Assembly: GCA_964534625.1 (NCBI GenBank)
Contig: CAZHRF010000037.1
Coordinates: 1 to 31,941, forward strand
DNA from: an uncultured archaeon
GTDB taxonomy: Archaea > Asgardarchaeota > Heimdallarchaeia > Heimdallarchaeales > Heimdallarchaeaceae
Length of the DNA: 31,941 bases
Direction of reading: 5' to 3'
Shown here: piece after piece, positions 1 to 12,800 of the stretch
How the letters are laid out: every line of letters starts with the position of its first letter
Numbering within the stretch: the stretch's first letter is position 1
Notes under the pieces: model-generated
Told to the model about the DNA's origin: nothing
Database searches by the model: none
The model's input: the letters and a program-made list of their open reading frames with translations, nothing else
Program-made: the position numbers and the translations under genes

Positions 1-3000
1 AACTATTGCATATAGAACAAATCCCATCATTCCGAGTGCAGGAATGATTATTTTTATTACTCTACTTATATCAATTACTGTTTGTTCAGCATTAGTTCCC
101 ATTACCATCCAAAATGATAGGGAATTGAAGTTATGCGCATAAAATGCGTTCCCAGCGAGTAAAAATAGATCTGTAGCTACTGATAGGTCTTCATAGGTTA
201 AATGCATCCATTCAACTAAGTTAAATTGTGACCTAGTTGCAGCCAGAATTGTTCCATCTATGGGTTGCAATGCGAATATTCTATGATAATCTTTTACCAA
301 AAACGTTATGCCCAGATCACTGTCATTGTAAATGAACACTTTGTTTGCTAAGAAGGAATTATGTTTATGCTTCCAAATCAATGATTTATTCCCCATATAA
401 TAGTATAGATATGACCCATTTTGAGAGAAAAATACGTCAGAATAGCCATCGTTATCCGTATCTGCTATAGCCATATCCAAAATTCTTTCTATTCTTTCTG
501 TATTCACTTCCCAAGTACTAAGCCACATATCAAGCTCTAAATCAAATATTTTCACTATAGAATTATGCTGTATGTAAAGCTGATCATATGCGTCTGTCTT
601 TTGATATCTACCTACTTTTGCATATAGGAAAGCGCCAGTATCTACTTCACTTTTTACTGTTCCATTATTTGCAAAGAAGAACTTGAATAAATCATCACCC
701 ACAACTGCGATCAACTGATGACTATTTAAGAACTCCCCATGCAAGAGTGTGTGAGGTCTATGTGTTGCATTGTATATAACCCGCCATCTTTCTGTTCCAT
801 CATCTGGACCATATGTACTCACGATATACCCATTAATATTCTTAAAAAGGAGTACTAATTCTTCTTTATTACTTCCATCATATTTAGTTGCAGCTAAATC
901 TAATATTTCATACGCTGTTGATGAGAGATCCTCTTTTACATATGTTTGATTGATTCCTTGTTCTATATTTAATAGCCCATACTCATGATTATCAGTAATA
1001 TAGTAAATTGATTGTTTATATCCTGATCCCAGTACATCTGCCCCCACAGCTCCTAACACTTTTGTTCCATTTGTGGGTATAATGTAATTATACAGAATAT
1101 TTTGAGTTTGTGGATCATACAGATATGCAAGAGTCTTATTTTCTATAAAGAATAATTGTTCATACCCTAAGTCTAAGAAATCGTTCATTACTACTGTTTT
1201 TGCTATTACTTTTGTGTTTCTGCCCACTATTTTTTGGTAATCATAATTAGGCAAAACCATCGGACTAGCATATTCTATCTCCACTTCGAGATCAGCTCGT
1301 GGTACGTCTATATCGTTTATTTCATATAAATAGACATCTTCACCTTGTACGCTGGTTAATAATTCAGGGAAACCATTTCCATTAGTATCATAAATTGCCA
1401 CTCCTGACACTTTGTTTTCATATTTTTTACTTGTCCAAGCAGTTTGATACAGTAATGCATCAGGACTAGATGAATAAAGTTCATATAAGCGAGTATAATG
1501 TCCATCACCCACATATATTTCCCTTAACCCATCTTGATCTGAATCTCCTACAGCAATATGTTTTGCACTTGAAAGAGCTGTAAATGAGGTTGAATTGTAT
1601 TCGTATATTTGACAAAGTAAATCTTCCAAAAACCTAGTAACCCAACTCGACATTGAGAAATAGAAACCTCGCATATCTAATTTAGTCAATAACGCGAATT
1701 TTCCATCATAGGTAGCTGTTACCTTTGGACCTCTTAGCTGTATATCATGAAATCGCCATTTACTTGGATCCGATCCATCTAGCAAGTATAAAGCATCATA
1801 ATATGGGTGTTTTTGAACATAGCTTGGAAAAACACCTATCAAATCTGGTTCGGACCAATACTGATAATCTTCAGATACTATACCATAACTGCTAGTATAC
1901 GGAACATCTACCGCTGCCGCATCATATGTAATTAATAGCGGGTATTTATCATTTATTAGATAGGCTATACTCGGAGTATGTTCTACTGTTGCACTTTTTA
2001 CTACCTTCCTTGGATCTATTGAAAACTGCATTGTCGAGTTAAGCTCAAAGAACCAGATATCATAATCTGTGGCTTCTTCTACTGTTCTTTTTGCACTCAT
2101 TGCAAAAGCATATGTGTCACTTCCATCAGGTTTTGCACAACCATCTATCCCATTGATATAGTAATCTTCTAATCCTTCAAGATAATAGGGTCCATCTGCA
2201 CTTCCACTACCAGTATAAGAACCATAGAAAATAGTGGTATTATGCACAGTCGTGTTTTGCAAAATATAAGCATAATGAATACCCGTATAGCCATCAGCTA
2301 AAATTGTTGGAGACCTAATTGGGTTGTTCAAATAATTTGAGCCTGTATACACAGCATGCAATCCTAAACTGTTTCCTAAGGTCCACGTTTCTCCAAGATC
2401 GTCAGAATACATGCAGAAAACCATGAAAATATAAGAAGTACCCATAGCTGTTGGTGTGTCATCGTAAAATTGTGTCCATGCAACATATATCCTACCTGGT
2501 GCTGACGGACTTGTCTGCTCAATCTGTACCATAGAAGGAGAAAGCATGTCATGATCATAACCAGAAGGTAAAGCAGGCAATTTTACTTTTGAATTCCAGT
2601 TTTCACCATCGTGACTTGATGCTTGAAACAGCCGGTATTTGCCATCTCCACTATCATACTCTGTCCAAACACTCAAGTAAGAATGATTGTTTTCCGGATT
2701 ATTTGTTAGTTGGATTATATCATGATCTCTAAATCTAATTTGCCCATCGGATGTATATAGAGATGATTTACCTAGTACTGGATTAGAGGGCATGAACGGA
2801 TAATTCATATGGCCAGTTATAGTTCCTACATTTTTGTAGGTCGTAAGATCAGTTGTTCCATTAAATTCAAAGATAGAAACACCTTTTTCTCCTCCAATAA
2901 TCAATTCTAAGTTTCCATCATAATCTTGATCATCTATTTCAACTGTATAAATATGATTATCTTTTAGAATGTCAGTTGGTGCTTCCCATATCACTTTATA

Positions 3001-6000
3001 ACCTAAACCATTATTACTTTCGATTATAGCTAGGAATCCTCGCGGGTACCAATAATCCATTCCAGTATGACCATAGATGATAATTTCTTCTACACCATTT
3101 TTATTCGTGTCACCTACTGTTACTCCACTTATTGTTAAATTACTATAAATTTGACTGTTTCCAGGGAGATTATAATGACCAGTTGATATACCCACTACTC
3201 CAAATAATTCATAGAAATCGGCAGTATATGGTTCATAAACAAATAATTGTTTCTCAAATCCCACAATAATTTCAGAATATCCGTCATGGTCCAAATCTTT
3301 AGCGTATGCCAAAGCAGTAGGATCAAGATATTCATGTTGCATTAAATATGCCCCAGCGGAACTTCGTAAAACATCATACCGATAGATTAGTTCGTAAGTA
3401 TCATCAATATCTGTTACCTCAAAAACGTAAAATACAGTTCCTGCCAGTGCAATTATCTCTGGATACCCATTATTGTTTACATCAGTATGAACAACTATAT
3501 GACTCACATGGTTCCAAATAGTTTGATTAAATTGTCCTTTAATTCCACCAAGCTGTTCATGGGCATAAGGTGTACTATTAGTTGGTACATATTGTTTCAT
3601 ATCGGGCGAACGATAAGCTCTTTTATAGGTATTATTTGTCATATGTTCAAAGATATAGAGGTTATTATCAAAATCGCCAACTATAAACTCGCCATTTCCA
3701 TCACCATCTAGATCACCTGCTTTTACAGTCATCGTCCAATTTTGAAGTTCATATCGAGTTGACCAACTCTCTATAGCTCTAAAACCAAAATTTCTATACT
3801 TGTACACCTCGTTTACGAGTTTACTCTTAAAAGAATTAATCTCAACCTTTGAAATTACAGGATTGGTGGCAACGATGAAAGAGTCTTGGACTTGATAATC
3901 GATGGCAAATGTGTATACTTCATTCGTGAAGACATTTAACATATGATAGTATATATATTTATCATACATATCTTGGCCTAATACTTTAGATAAAAGCAAA
4001 GTAAAATACTCACCATTATCTAATGCTGAGATAAATAGTGGTCTAGTTAAGTTATAGACATTAATTGTTGCTTCTTCATCCAAATTATTGAGAAGTTCTT
4101 TTTTCTCTTCCCATTTGGCATTTGTCAATGTGCCATAATTTTCAAAGTAAGTTGCTCCTACTCTGTTACTATATCCAGTAACTACATCTATATCTCCATC
4201 TAAATCAAAATCCACAAACTGTGGGCTGAAATAAGATCTTGATCCACGGGCATTGTTTATATCATCAAAATATCCTTCCTCTAATATTAATGTACAGACA
4301 TCTGGATCCCCTGTATTCCAAAACATATACAAGTCGCCATTAATTTCTACCACCAAATCTGTATCGCCGTCACTATCTACATCCACCCCATCTACTGAGG
4401 GAGTACTTGAAAGGCTCATAAGTAATTGATGCATTTTTAAATCTGGATTAAAATCAGAATAGGATAACGGAGTTTGTTCAATATATTCCTTGCCACTACC
4501 TGACCTTCCAAAAACTGCAAAGCCACCGGGAGGTTCAGTTGTTCCTTCTTGTAAGTAGTCATCATATAAATCAATTGCAGTTTCGTTATACCACCCAATA
4601 ATAATTTCCGGACCAATCCAGGAAGTTTTTAATTCAACTAAACTGACTGATATATTTAATCCGCTCCACGGGTTGCTGGGTAGATTTATTTCATCAAACA
4701 TCTGAGCTGTTAAAGTAGCATTGTAACTCGATAAACTTTGCTGGAAGAAATATACTTTACCCTCATTTGTACTTATAATATAGTCTCCATATTGATAAGG
4801 ATCTAAATCTATATCCCAAAAGTCATAATCAAAGACTTCAGCCCCAGGAGGTAAATGAATAGACGGTTCGGAAGTAGACATATAATTAGTACCGAGATCT
4901 GTAAGACCTACAAGGACGGGCATGTTTCCTGTATTTTGGCCTATTTGTTCTATATCCCATATATTACTTCCCATTGAAAATCGGTCATCGACCCACGAAT
5001 CCCACACCAATACAAATTCATCTTGATCACTATCATATTTGAAAGCATTAATGGATCCTTCTACTGTTCCTATTAACGCATGGACACTAGTAGTCGACTT
5101 ATCATTTAATAATCCAATGCTTGCACAAGTAGCTGAAGAAACAGTCTTGAAAGGATAAAACATTTCCATATAGAACGTGTAAAAGGGTATTGAATCAGCA
5201 TCTACAGTAACATTAACATATCTAAAGTAATCCCATTTATTCTTAATCAAATATGGGTCAACATCTATTAACAAACTAGGATACCCCATATATGAATCTA
5301 CATTGTCAGAGTAAGAAAGTTCAACTTCAGCCCATCGTTTATGATCTGGACTAATTTGTATTGTAATATTATTCAACAAATCCTTGGTAATACTTGTCAT
5401 ATTACATACAATTGCAAAATCTTTCTTCGAGTTACCATTTCCTGTAGCTTCTTCGTCAACACCAAAATCAAACACCTCCCATGCAGAGTGAGTTTGGTTA
5501 GCCAAAAAGAGAGTTGAAGCGTCTGTACCATTTTGTGCTGTTCCCGTAAAATACGGATAGATTTCCATATACATCCAATAATCTTCTGTTACAGGTTCGG
5601 GAACGTGAGTACCTCTCGAGCCTAGATAGACATTCTGACCAGCAGTTGCATTATCAATATAATAATCCGCGGGGTAAAAATCTTTAAGCGTCCAATCTTC
5701 AAAATCTTTTATTAATTTTTCAAAATAATATTCTTTAGACGTGAAATCATACCTGAGGATATGTGCATTATGAGCAAACTCTGCGATAACCACTTCATCA
5801 CCAGGCACACCATCTAAATTAGAGATAGCCATGGAGTAGATAGGTTTAGTCATATAACTGCTATCAGCGAAAATGCGCTTATAGGAATTATCTTGAGGAA
5901 GTGGGTAAGGAGCACCGTGAATATCTAAAACCGTACCATTATTTTCATAGACAAAGAGACCTCCTTCACGTGTTCCTATGATAATATCAAGCAATCCGTT

Positions 6001-6855
6001 ATAATTTGTATCTCCCACTACAAGGGAGGTAGGAAGCTGTCCTAGAATTTCAGATTGCCACTTCTCTTTGTACGTAATCCAATGAGAGGTAGCAAAAGGA
6101 TAGGAAGAGTGTTCATAATATTCAAAGATATGTACTCGTTGATCCCAACTAGCAACAATAATATCTTGTAAGTGATCATAATCAGTATCATTCACTTCAA
6201 CTGCGTATACTGGACCCAAATAAGGACTCGTATAAACATGTCCAAACATATTTTCAGTATTAGTATCGGGGTCATAGATGTGCTTCTGTTCAAAGACATA
6301 AAAATGCCCATCTAATGAAGCGGCTACTATTTCCATGAAATCATTATTATCTGTATCTCCAAAGTCAATATCAACAACATCTTTTTTGATGATGCTATCT
6401 CCACAGTCCCAAACCTTGGAATACTGTCCAATATCAGGATTCCATCTATAAAGATGGACTTCGTTATCATAAAGATATCCGCCACCTACTGCAACATATT
6501 CTTTATCATCAGAAACAGTTACCACTCTTACAGCTGCTTTGCTTTTCCATGGTTGATAGATTTGTTCATATCCAATTTGATTGTTAATGAGTATTTCCCC
6601 TAAATCTAAAGTATCAGATATATATCCCGTACTATCACCTAACGCTTGAAGCATATTTCCCCTTTGAGAATCAGCAATGTTAATTAATTGATTTAATTCG
6701 TCTATAGATAATTGTTCAGGGGCGTTTGTTGTTCCCGCATATACCTGCAAAGAGGGTAATGAAGAGAACATAGAAACAATAAATAATACAAGAGCAATTA
6801 GACCTACAACTTGTTTTTTCATTTTTTCATTATCTCCTTTGAATCGTTTAATCAT
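1..6855 (-). CDS. Giant membrane-anchored FG-GAP/VCBS-repeat beta-propeller surface glycoprotein with Asp-box (BNR) region; at least 2285 aa, 3' end runs off the window
   Basis: Manual translation from ATG 6855 (alternative in-frame ATG 6822) gives [40 protein letters not shown], a signal peptide. About 14 FG-GAP-like Ca loops follow (e.g. [20 protein letters not shown] at 6301-6360, [20 protein letters not shown] at 3661-3720, [14 protein letters not shown]). Asp-box YSDDLGETW lies at 2383-2409. The frame ends at the window edge in a hydrophobic helix, [17 protein letters not shown]. No stop-terminated long ORF is listed in this frame, consistent with an uninterrupted frame. Confidence 0.9.
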   Translation of the reverse strand, partial: MIKRFKGDNEKMKKQVVGLIALVLFIVSMFSSLPSLQVYAGTTNAPEQLSIDELNQLINIADSQRGNMLQALGDSTGYISDTLDLGEILINNQIGYEQIYQPWKSKAAVRVVTVSDDKEYVAVGGGYLYDNEVHLYRWNPDIGQYSKVWDCGDSIIKKDVVDIDFGDTDNNDFMEIVAASLDGHFYVFEQKHIYDPDTNTENMFGHVYTSPYLGPVYAVEVNDTDYDHLQDIIVASWDQRVHIFEYYEHSSYPFATSHWITYKEKWQSEILGQLPTSLVVGDTNYNGLLDIIIGTREGGLFVYENNGTVLDIHGAPYPLPQDNSYKRIFADSSYMTKPIYSMAISNLDGVPGDEVVIAEFAHNAHILRYDFTSKEYYFEKLIKDFEDWTLKDFYPADYYIDNATAGQNVYLGSRGTHVPEPVTEDYWMYMEIYPYFTGTAQNGTDASTLFLANQTHSAWEVFDFGVDEEATGNGNSKKDFAIVCNMTSITKDLLNNITIQISPDHKRWAEVELSYSDNVDSYMGYPSLLIDVDPYLIKNKWDYFRYVNVTVDADSIPFYTFYMEMFYPFKTVSSATCASIGLLNDKSTTSVHALIGTVEGSINAFKYDSDQDEFVLVWDSWVDDRFSMGSNIWDIEQIGQNTGNMPVLVGLTDLGTNYMSTSEPSIHLPPGAEVFDYDFWDIDLDPYQYGDYIISTNEGKVYFFQQSLSSYNATLTAQMFDEINLPSNPWSGLNISVSLVELKTSWIGPEIIIGWYNETAIDLYDDYLQEGTTEPPGGFAVFGRSGSGKEYIEQTPLSYSDFNPDLKMHQLLMSLSSTPSVDGVDVDSDGDTDLVVEINGDLYMFWNTGDPDVCTLILEEGYFDDINNARGSRSYFSPQFVDFDLDGDIDVVTGYSNRVGATYFENYGTLTNAKWEEKKELLNNLDEEATINVYNLTRPLFISALDNGEYFTLLLSKVLGQDMYDKYIYYHMLNVFTNEVYTFAIDYQVQDSFIVATNPVISKVEINSFKSKLVNEVYKYRNFGFRAIESWSTRYELQNWTMTVKAGDLDGDGNGEFIVGDFDNNLYIFEHMTNNTYKRAYRSPDMKQYVPTNSTPYAHEQLGGIKGQFNQTIWNHVSHIVVHTDVNNNGYPEIIALAGTVFYVFEVTDIDDTYELIYRYDVLRSSAGAYLMQHEYLDPTALAYAKDLDHDGYSEIIVGFEKQLFVYEPYTADFYELFGVVGISTGHYNLPGNSQIYSNLTISGVTVGDTNKNGVEEIIIYGHTGMDYWYPRGFLAIIESNNGLGYKVIWEAPTDILKDNHIYTVEIDDQDYDGNLELIIGGEKGVSIFEFNGTTDLTTYKNVGTITGHMNYPFMPSNPVLGKSSLYTSDGQIRFRDHDIIQLTNNPENNHSYLSVWTEYDSGDGKYRLFQASSHDGENWNSKVKLPALPSGYDHDMLSPSMVQIEQTSPSAPGRIYVAWTQFYDDTPTAMGTSYIFMVFCMYSDDLGETWTLGNSLGLHAVYTGSNYLNNPIRSPTILADGYTGIHYAYILQNTTVHNTTIFYGSYTGSGSADGPYYLEGLEDYYINGIDGCAKPDGSDTYAFAMSAKRTVEEATDYDIWFFELNSTMQFSIDPRKVVKSATVEHTPSIAYLINDKYPLLITYDAAAVDVPYTSSYGIVSEDYQYWSEPDLIGVFPSYVQKHPYYDALYLLDGSDPSKWRFHDIQLRGPKVTATYDGKFALLTKLDMRGFYFSMSSWVTRFLEDLLCQIYEYNSTSFTALSSAKHIAVGDSDQDGLREIYVGDGHYTRLYELYSSSPDALLYQTAWTSKKYENKVSGVAIYDTNGNGFPELLTSVQGEDVYLYEINDIDVPRADLEVEIEYASPMVLPNYDYQKIVGRNTKVIAKTVVMNDFLDLGYEQLFFIENKTLAYLYDPQTQNILYNYIIPTNGTKVLGAVGADVLGSGYKQSIYYITDNHEYGLLNIEQGINQTYVKEDLSSTAYEILDLAATKYDGSNKEELVLLFKNINGYIVSTYGPDDGTERWRVIYNATHRPHTLLHGEFLNSHQLIAVVGDDLFKFFFANNGTVKSEVDTGAFLYAKVGRYQKTDAYDQLYIQHNSIVKIFDLELDMWLSTWEVNTERIERILDMAIADTDNDGYSDVFFSQNGSYLYYYMGNKSLIWKHKHNSFLANKVFIYNDSDLGITFLVKDYHRIFALQPIDGTILAATRSQFNLVEWMHLTYEDLSVATDLFLLAGNAFYAHNFNSLSFWMVMGTNAEQTVIDISRVIKIIIPALGMMGFVLYAIV

Positions 6856-9800
6856 GTTGAACCACCTCCTCCTTTACCTTTTAACTTGGGTAATTTCAAT
6901 TTAGGTAATTTTATCTTGCCCGTTTTGAGTAGATAGAATAAAGTGCCACCACCCAAACCCGTAGCAGCACCAATTCCCGAACCTATAAAAACCCAAGGGA
7001 GCCCAACTTGAATTGAACCCTCAACATAAAATGTCCTCGAGACTTTCTTTATTACTCCATCAGTATGATTCACATAGAAATTAACATAATAGGTACCTTT
7101 AGTGAGAACACCGCCTTCACCCATCCAAGTACGAGATTCATTGCTATAAAGCATTGTACTGTTACTACTTGGAGATCTATCATTTTTCTGAAGGGTATAT
7201 CGTACCCAATCTACTTCAGTGATGTTATAAACTAAAAAGGTATAATTTGTAGCGGGATAATACCCCTTATCCACAGGAGAGATGACCACTATACCACTTT
7301 CAAGTATTTCTAAATTACCCATAACTGCAGCATCAAATTCTTCTTTAGTAGTAAAAGTAAGAGGATCTAAACCAAGCATAACTTCTAAACCATCTCCATA
7401 ACCATCGCCATCAGTATCCCAAAGAGAGACATTGGTCCCATAAATATACACTTCATCGCCATCTAAGAGCCCGTCACGATCTGAATCAGGATTGGTAACC
7501 CCACCACCTGCCACCTCAGGAGTATGGTAAACAAAGAATTCTAATCCATCCGCAAGACCATCATTGTCGTAATCTATTTCTAGACCATCGATAACACCAG
7601 AACCATCTTCATCGGGATTATTTGGATCAGTTTCATAGAAATAAATTTCAGCACCATCAGGAAGTAAATCCCCATCTACATCAGGATTAAGGGGGTCAAG
7701 ATCATAATCTGAACCTGGAAAGCTACTATCATCAATTTCTTGTAAATCAGTAAGTCCATCGCCATCAGTATCGCTAGTACCAGGATCCGTTCCATATACA
7801 TGGATCTCAAGGAAATCACTGATACCATCTCCGTCCGTATCAGGATTATCAGGTAAGGTACCATAAATATTGACTTCCTCACCATCCAAGAGGCCATCAC
7901 CATCAGAATCGGGATTGGTAGCGCTAGTGTTAAATGGAGCTGTAATTATAAAACTACGATATGGAAACACAATATCACTAATATTAGCAATGCTACATTC
8001 TTGAAGATCAGTAAGACCATCACCATCAGTATCATTTGAAAGAGGATTAAGAAGAATAGGCTCAAAATCAGGAATCAATCCAGAACCTAAATACAATTCT
8101 AAACTATCAGATATACCGTCGCCGTCTGTGTCCGATGATAGAGGATTAGTACCCAGAGCTACTTCTTCACCATCATTAAGTGAAAAAGTAACCTCACCAT
8201 GTTCATTAGGATACCAGATAGTGTCATTATCCGTATCAGGATTAAGCGGGTTAGTAAGATATATCATCACTTCTTCATAATCAGATAGACCGTCGCCGTC
8301 ACTATCATAGACTTTAGGATTAGTTCCATAATAGAATATTTCCTCCCAATCTGTAAGGCCGTCGTTGTCCACATCTTCATCCATTGGATCAGTATCATAC
8401 ACTAGTACCTCCATCCCATCAGGAATACCATCCCCATCAGAATCAGCAGATAAAGGATCAGTATGATAAAAATAAACCTCTTCGCCATCAGAGAGACCAT
8501 CATTATCCGTATCAGCCCAAAGAGGATTGGTCCCAAAAACAAAATATTCAACACCGTCGAGAATACCATCCCCATCTGTGTCAGGGTTAAGCGGATCAGT
8601 CCCTAACAAAATCTCTTGTAAATCCCCCAAGCCATCGCCATCTGTATCAGGATTACGTGGGTCTGTATGATATCCTGTTTTTGACCCCCATCCCTCTAAT
8701 CCATCAATAAGCCCGTCATCATCCATATCACCATCAGTGGGATCCGTTGGTGGATCTAGCCACAATTCATATCCATCACTCTTCAGGAAGAAATCCATGG
8801 GAGCTTCATCTCTCCAAGCAGGATCAATTCCCGAGTCTCCATCTGTATCTGGATTACAAGGATTTGTCCGCACTAAACGTGGAATCAGTTCATCATCTTC
8901 TAAGAAAATAACCCATTGCCCCTCAATTTCCACTTTATCAGTCATATCAATTAAAAATTGGCGATCAGGAGCTATTGTACCATTAGCAAGCAGCTTATAA
9001 CTATCATCGTCCGTATCGTTGTCTAATGGATGCGTATATCCATAATTTCGTATGATTGGTGGAGTATCTATTCCTGGTGTGGATTCATTATATAATGAAC
9101 TTTGACCATAATATGCTCCAAAACGTCCTTCTTGCCCATCAAGTAAACCATCGCCATCGGTATCTGGGTTTAATGGATCTGTGCGGTCTGTATATGCTAC
9201 TCCGCCTATCATCACATAGGGAACAGAAGGTGTACAATCTGTCATATTTAACGCAGTATGTATTTCATAATAATCATCCAAACCATCCCCATCTGTGTCT
9301 ACTCTTTTCGGATCTGTACCATAAATCATTACTTCTTCATAATCAGTAAGACCATCAAAATCTGTATCTTTTTGGTTTGGATTTGTCCTTAGTATGGCAT
9401 ACTCCCAATAGTCATTCAAGCCATCGCCGTCCGTATCAGGATTACATGGATCAGTTTTACTTATTTTTATTTCAAACTGGTCGCTTAATCCATCCCCATC
9501 GGTATCATTGCTATTAGGATCCAATCCCGGTATCATTGCTTCATATTGATCTGGTAGACCATCTTCATCCATGTCTACTCCTAGCATCTCTTCTTTTGCA
9601 TCTTCATCTTTCGGATCTCCTGCTAGATATATTGGGAAATTGCTTGGTTTCCAGTTTACTGTTTTTGACCAATTCCACAATAAGAATGTTAATTTCACTT
9701 TTACTGTAAACAATATATCGAGTATCACTTGTAATGCCGTTCCTGCTTTGAAATCTTGTATAAACGACAGTGTCACCGTAAACCCTAGCACTATATTTAT

Positions 9801-12800
9801 TCCCACTATTACCAAGTCTACATCTATTATTATACTCAAACTTATTCCTATTATTATTGTAAGAATATCCGCAGCGGCTTGTGTTGGTGTTTCACATCTT
9901 TTCACTATCTCTATCGCTAAGAAAAAGCCTATTTGAAGTGCTACGGTTAACCCCATATATTCTGCTACTTTCGCTAATGCAGATCCTCCTGGTCCTAGAA
10001 ATTCTAGTAGAGGAATGGTTTTTGTGACTGTTATCTGGAACTTGAAGAAAAACTCTATTATCTTAAAGAAATCACTCCAATTTATCTTACCATTTTGAAT
10101 TTTCATTAATTGCATTTTCAGTCCTGCTGATCCAGTAAATGACAATTCTAACCCTAGTGACTCTAGTAATGTTTGCATTAAATCATTTTTACCCGATGTA
10201 CCAGAACTTACTGATAACCCCGCTTCAAATAGCGGTATAATTGATATTGATTTTAAAATTGTTTTAAAAATACGTCCCACATTAGCTGATTCTAGAAGTT
10301 TTGACCCCCCGAATATTAAATCCATTATCAATTCTTGTATTCCATCTGTATCTATCTCGAAACCTGGAGTTAACTTGAAAAACACACTCATCATAAAAGC
10401 CGAGAAAGAGCCAAATCCTACAGTGAAATTGCTTTCATATGAAACAAAATCCCCAATTGATGCAAAGAGCTCATTTAATTTTGCTGACAACATGTTGATT
10501 AAATCAGCAACTTTTCCTACAGCCCATCCTACTAATTGGTTTATAATCCATTTTACCCCATCTGTGAATAAATCCCTTGCTCCTCCTAGAAATTTCATTA
10601 CTGTTTTTACTATGTCTACTGTCCAAGAAGGTAAAATCGTTTCATAGTAACTCATTATTTCCAATACAATTTCATCAAGATTCTCTAGGTTCAGATCTTT
10701 ATTCCACAATAAATCAAATGTTTTCGCGAGTGCTTCAATAGGTATATCTGGATCAATTAAATTGAGTACTGTTCCTGTCATAGCTACTATCGTTTGAATA
10801 ATGTTTTGTACGCTAAATTCAAACCCCCCAGATAACAAATCTACAATTACTGATCCTATCTGTCCTACGAGTTGAAATAGAGTTGTGTTTGTAGAATGTT
10901 CTTTTAATATATCTTGTACAACTATTTGAATCAACTTAGCAGGAGAATTGTATGTACTATCAAATTCTGCGACTGACCCTTTTGCTAGTTTTTTCATTTG
11001 ATCATTTTTAGTGATAAATGCAATAAGCGAACTACCCAGTTCAAAGCCAGCTTTTATTGTTGAAATGTCGTCATTTGATACAGAAGTGAAATTAGTCATA
11101 ATGTTTTCTGCAATATAAAGGATAGTTTTTTTATCAGAAAAATCAAAATCATCATTGAGTATTTTTAAGCCCAAACCTATTAGTTCTGCTATAACATTTT
11201 TCTGTCCAGATGTTAGATCTATTTCGCTTGAAAGATCGTCTATTATATCAATTACATTTGTAATATTACTAAATAGTTCATTAAAACTATCTGATCTTCC
11301 TTCTACAACCTCTTTTGTTATATCCATCAATTGTTGTAAAGTATTTGTCAGCTCATTTTGTTCTTCTTCAAGGTCAGGAAACAAAGATATAAAGAAATCT
11401 TTTAGACTTTCTTCGAAATTTATCTCAATTACGCCTGCTACGCCTAACCCTACTTCAAGTGCTCTTCCGACTACTCTTAATGTTCTTTCTTCTTCTTCCG
11501 TTGTGAAAGCTTTCAGCAGATAATTACCTATGTATGGTAATACTTCATGTACAACTATTGACACATTTTTTGTTGAAACTATACTTACTCCCATTTGAAA
11601 TAGTTCTGATAATAAGTCTGCTGATTCTGCTGATTCTTCCCCTGTTAAACCTGTTGCATTACATACTTTGTACATGATCTGATACACTAGTTGTTTATTC
11701 AAATAACTCATTAAATAACTGCCCCAGTTATCAGCATCACCTAATTTTTGAAAGAATTCAGTTGAAAGATTTAAGGCTTGTATAATTGGTGTGGTAATAT
11801 TGCTCACACTTTCTGGAACAAGAAAAGCCAAAAAATCATCTACGAGATTTAATAGCGCGTCTGGTCCTTCCCGTATGGCAAATATCGTTTTAATTGCTAA
11901 ATCAAAAAAGGGTTTATATTCTTCTAATGACGGGAATAAGTTACTCATGACACTAGAAAAGATTTCCAACGCTCCCTCTGCACTTGGATCTTTAATCAAA
12001 CCTATTATTTTAGGTATTTCTTGAATAATCATTAATATTTCATCTGCATATTCCTTCCCAAGTGTAATTAATCCATCAGGTATTTCTACTCCTATTACTT
12101 GTAGAATTATATTTATTACATCTCCAGCTGCACCTGCTATAGAAGCTAAATTAGGAAATGCCCCTAATGATATCTGATCTGTTATGTTATCTTCTGACAT
12201 AATGTCTAAAACTGGATTATGATCAACAACTTTTGCTGTCGGTGCTAAATATTCTCCCGTTGTAGGATGTATTTTGTAGAGAGTATCGGGATATCGTTCT
12301 TTACTCTCTTCTAACCGCTCCCTTGCTTTATCTGGATCACTCTCCCCCAATCCAAATTCAGGCTCAAATTCTGCAGATAGTAATCCCTCAAATTCATCTC
12401 CAAAGTATTTAATTATCACATAACGGAGTTTTTCTCCGATTGAATTATATCGATAATCTTGTTCATTAATAAAAATCTCAGAAACATACCAAATAGCATG
12501 AATATAGCCAATTCTTGCATCTACTACTTCAACATCGTCAATATAACATTTTGAATGTTCAATATGAGGCTTTAAATTATATCCATTACCAAATACCCCT
12601 ATATGGTGCGTATCATAATAGTTAAAATAGCGAGAAACATTCTTCCAAGGAAGTATAGAACCCCCGCCATATTTTATTCCTTTAAGACTTGAATCAAAAA
12701 CATAGATCCTAATCCAAAACTTTTCTGCAAACGATTTATCAAACATCAATTCATTATAAACTGGAATCATCAGTATATTACTATAAAACGTTGATATGGT

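Noticed and set aside
4486-4509. P-loop-like GRSGSGKE in the FG-GAP protein
   Set aside because: It lacks the S/T after GK, no Walker B context is evident, and the region is extracellular.
6852-6855. Possible readthrough or frameshift fusion of the two giant ORFs
   Set aside because: The frames differ, the upstream protein ends in a TM plus tail, and the downstream one has its own SD and signal peptide. This is ordinary ATGA coupling.
7383-9576. Periodic DNA repeats (CCATCGCCATC...GTATC) as a CRISPR array or DGR
   Set aside because: The repeats are degenerate at synonymous positions and in frame, so the protein repeat explains them. No cas or reverse transcriptase gene is present.
2376-12024. 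Short ORFs from the track inside the two giant genes (e.g. 2376-2558, 3487-3711, 7676-7903, 9571-9936, 11155-11523)
   Set aside because: They are antisense or alternate-frame shadows of long coding frames, with no motifs.
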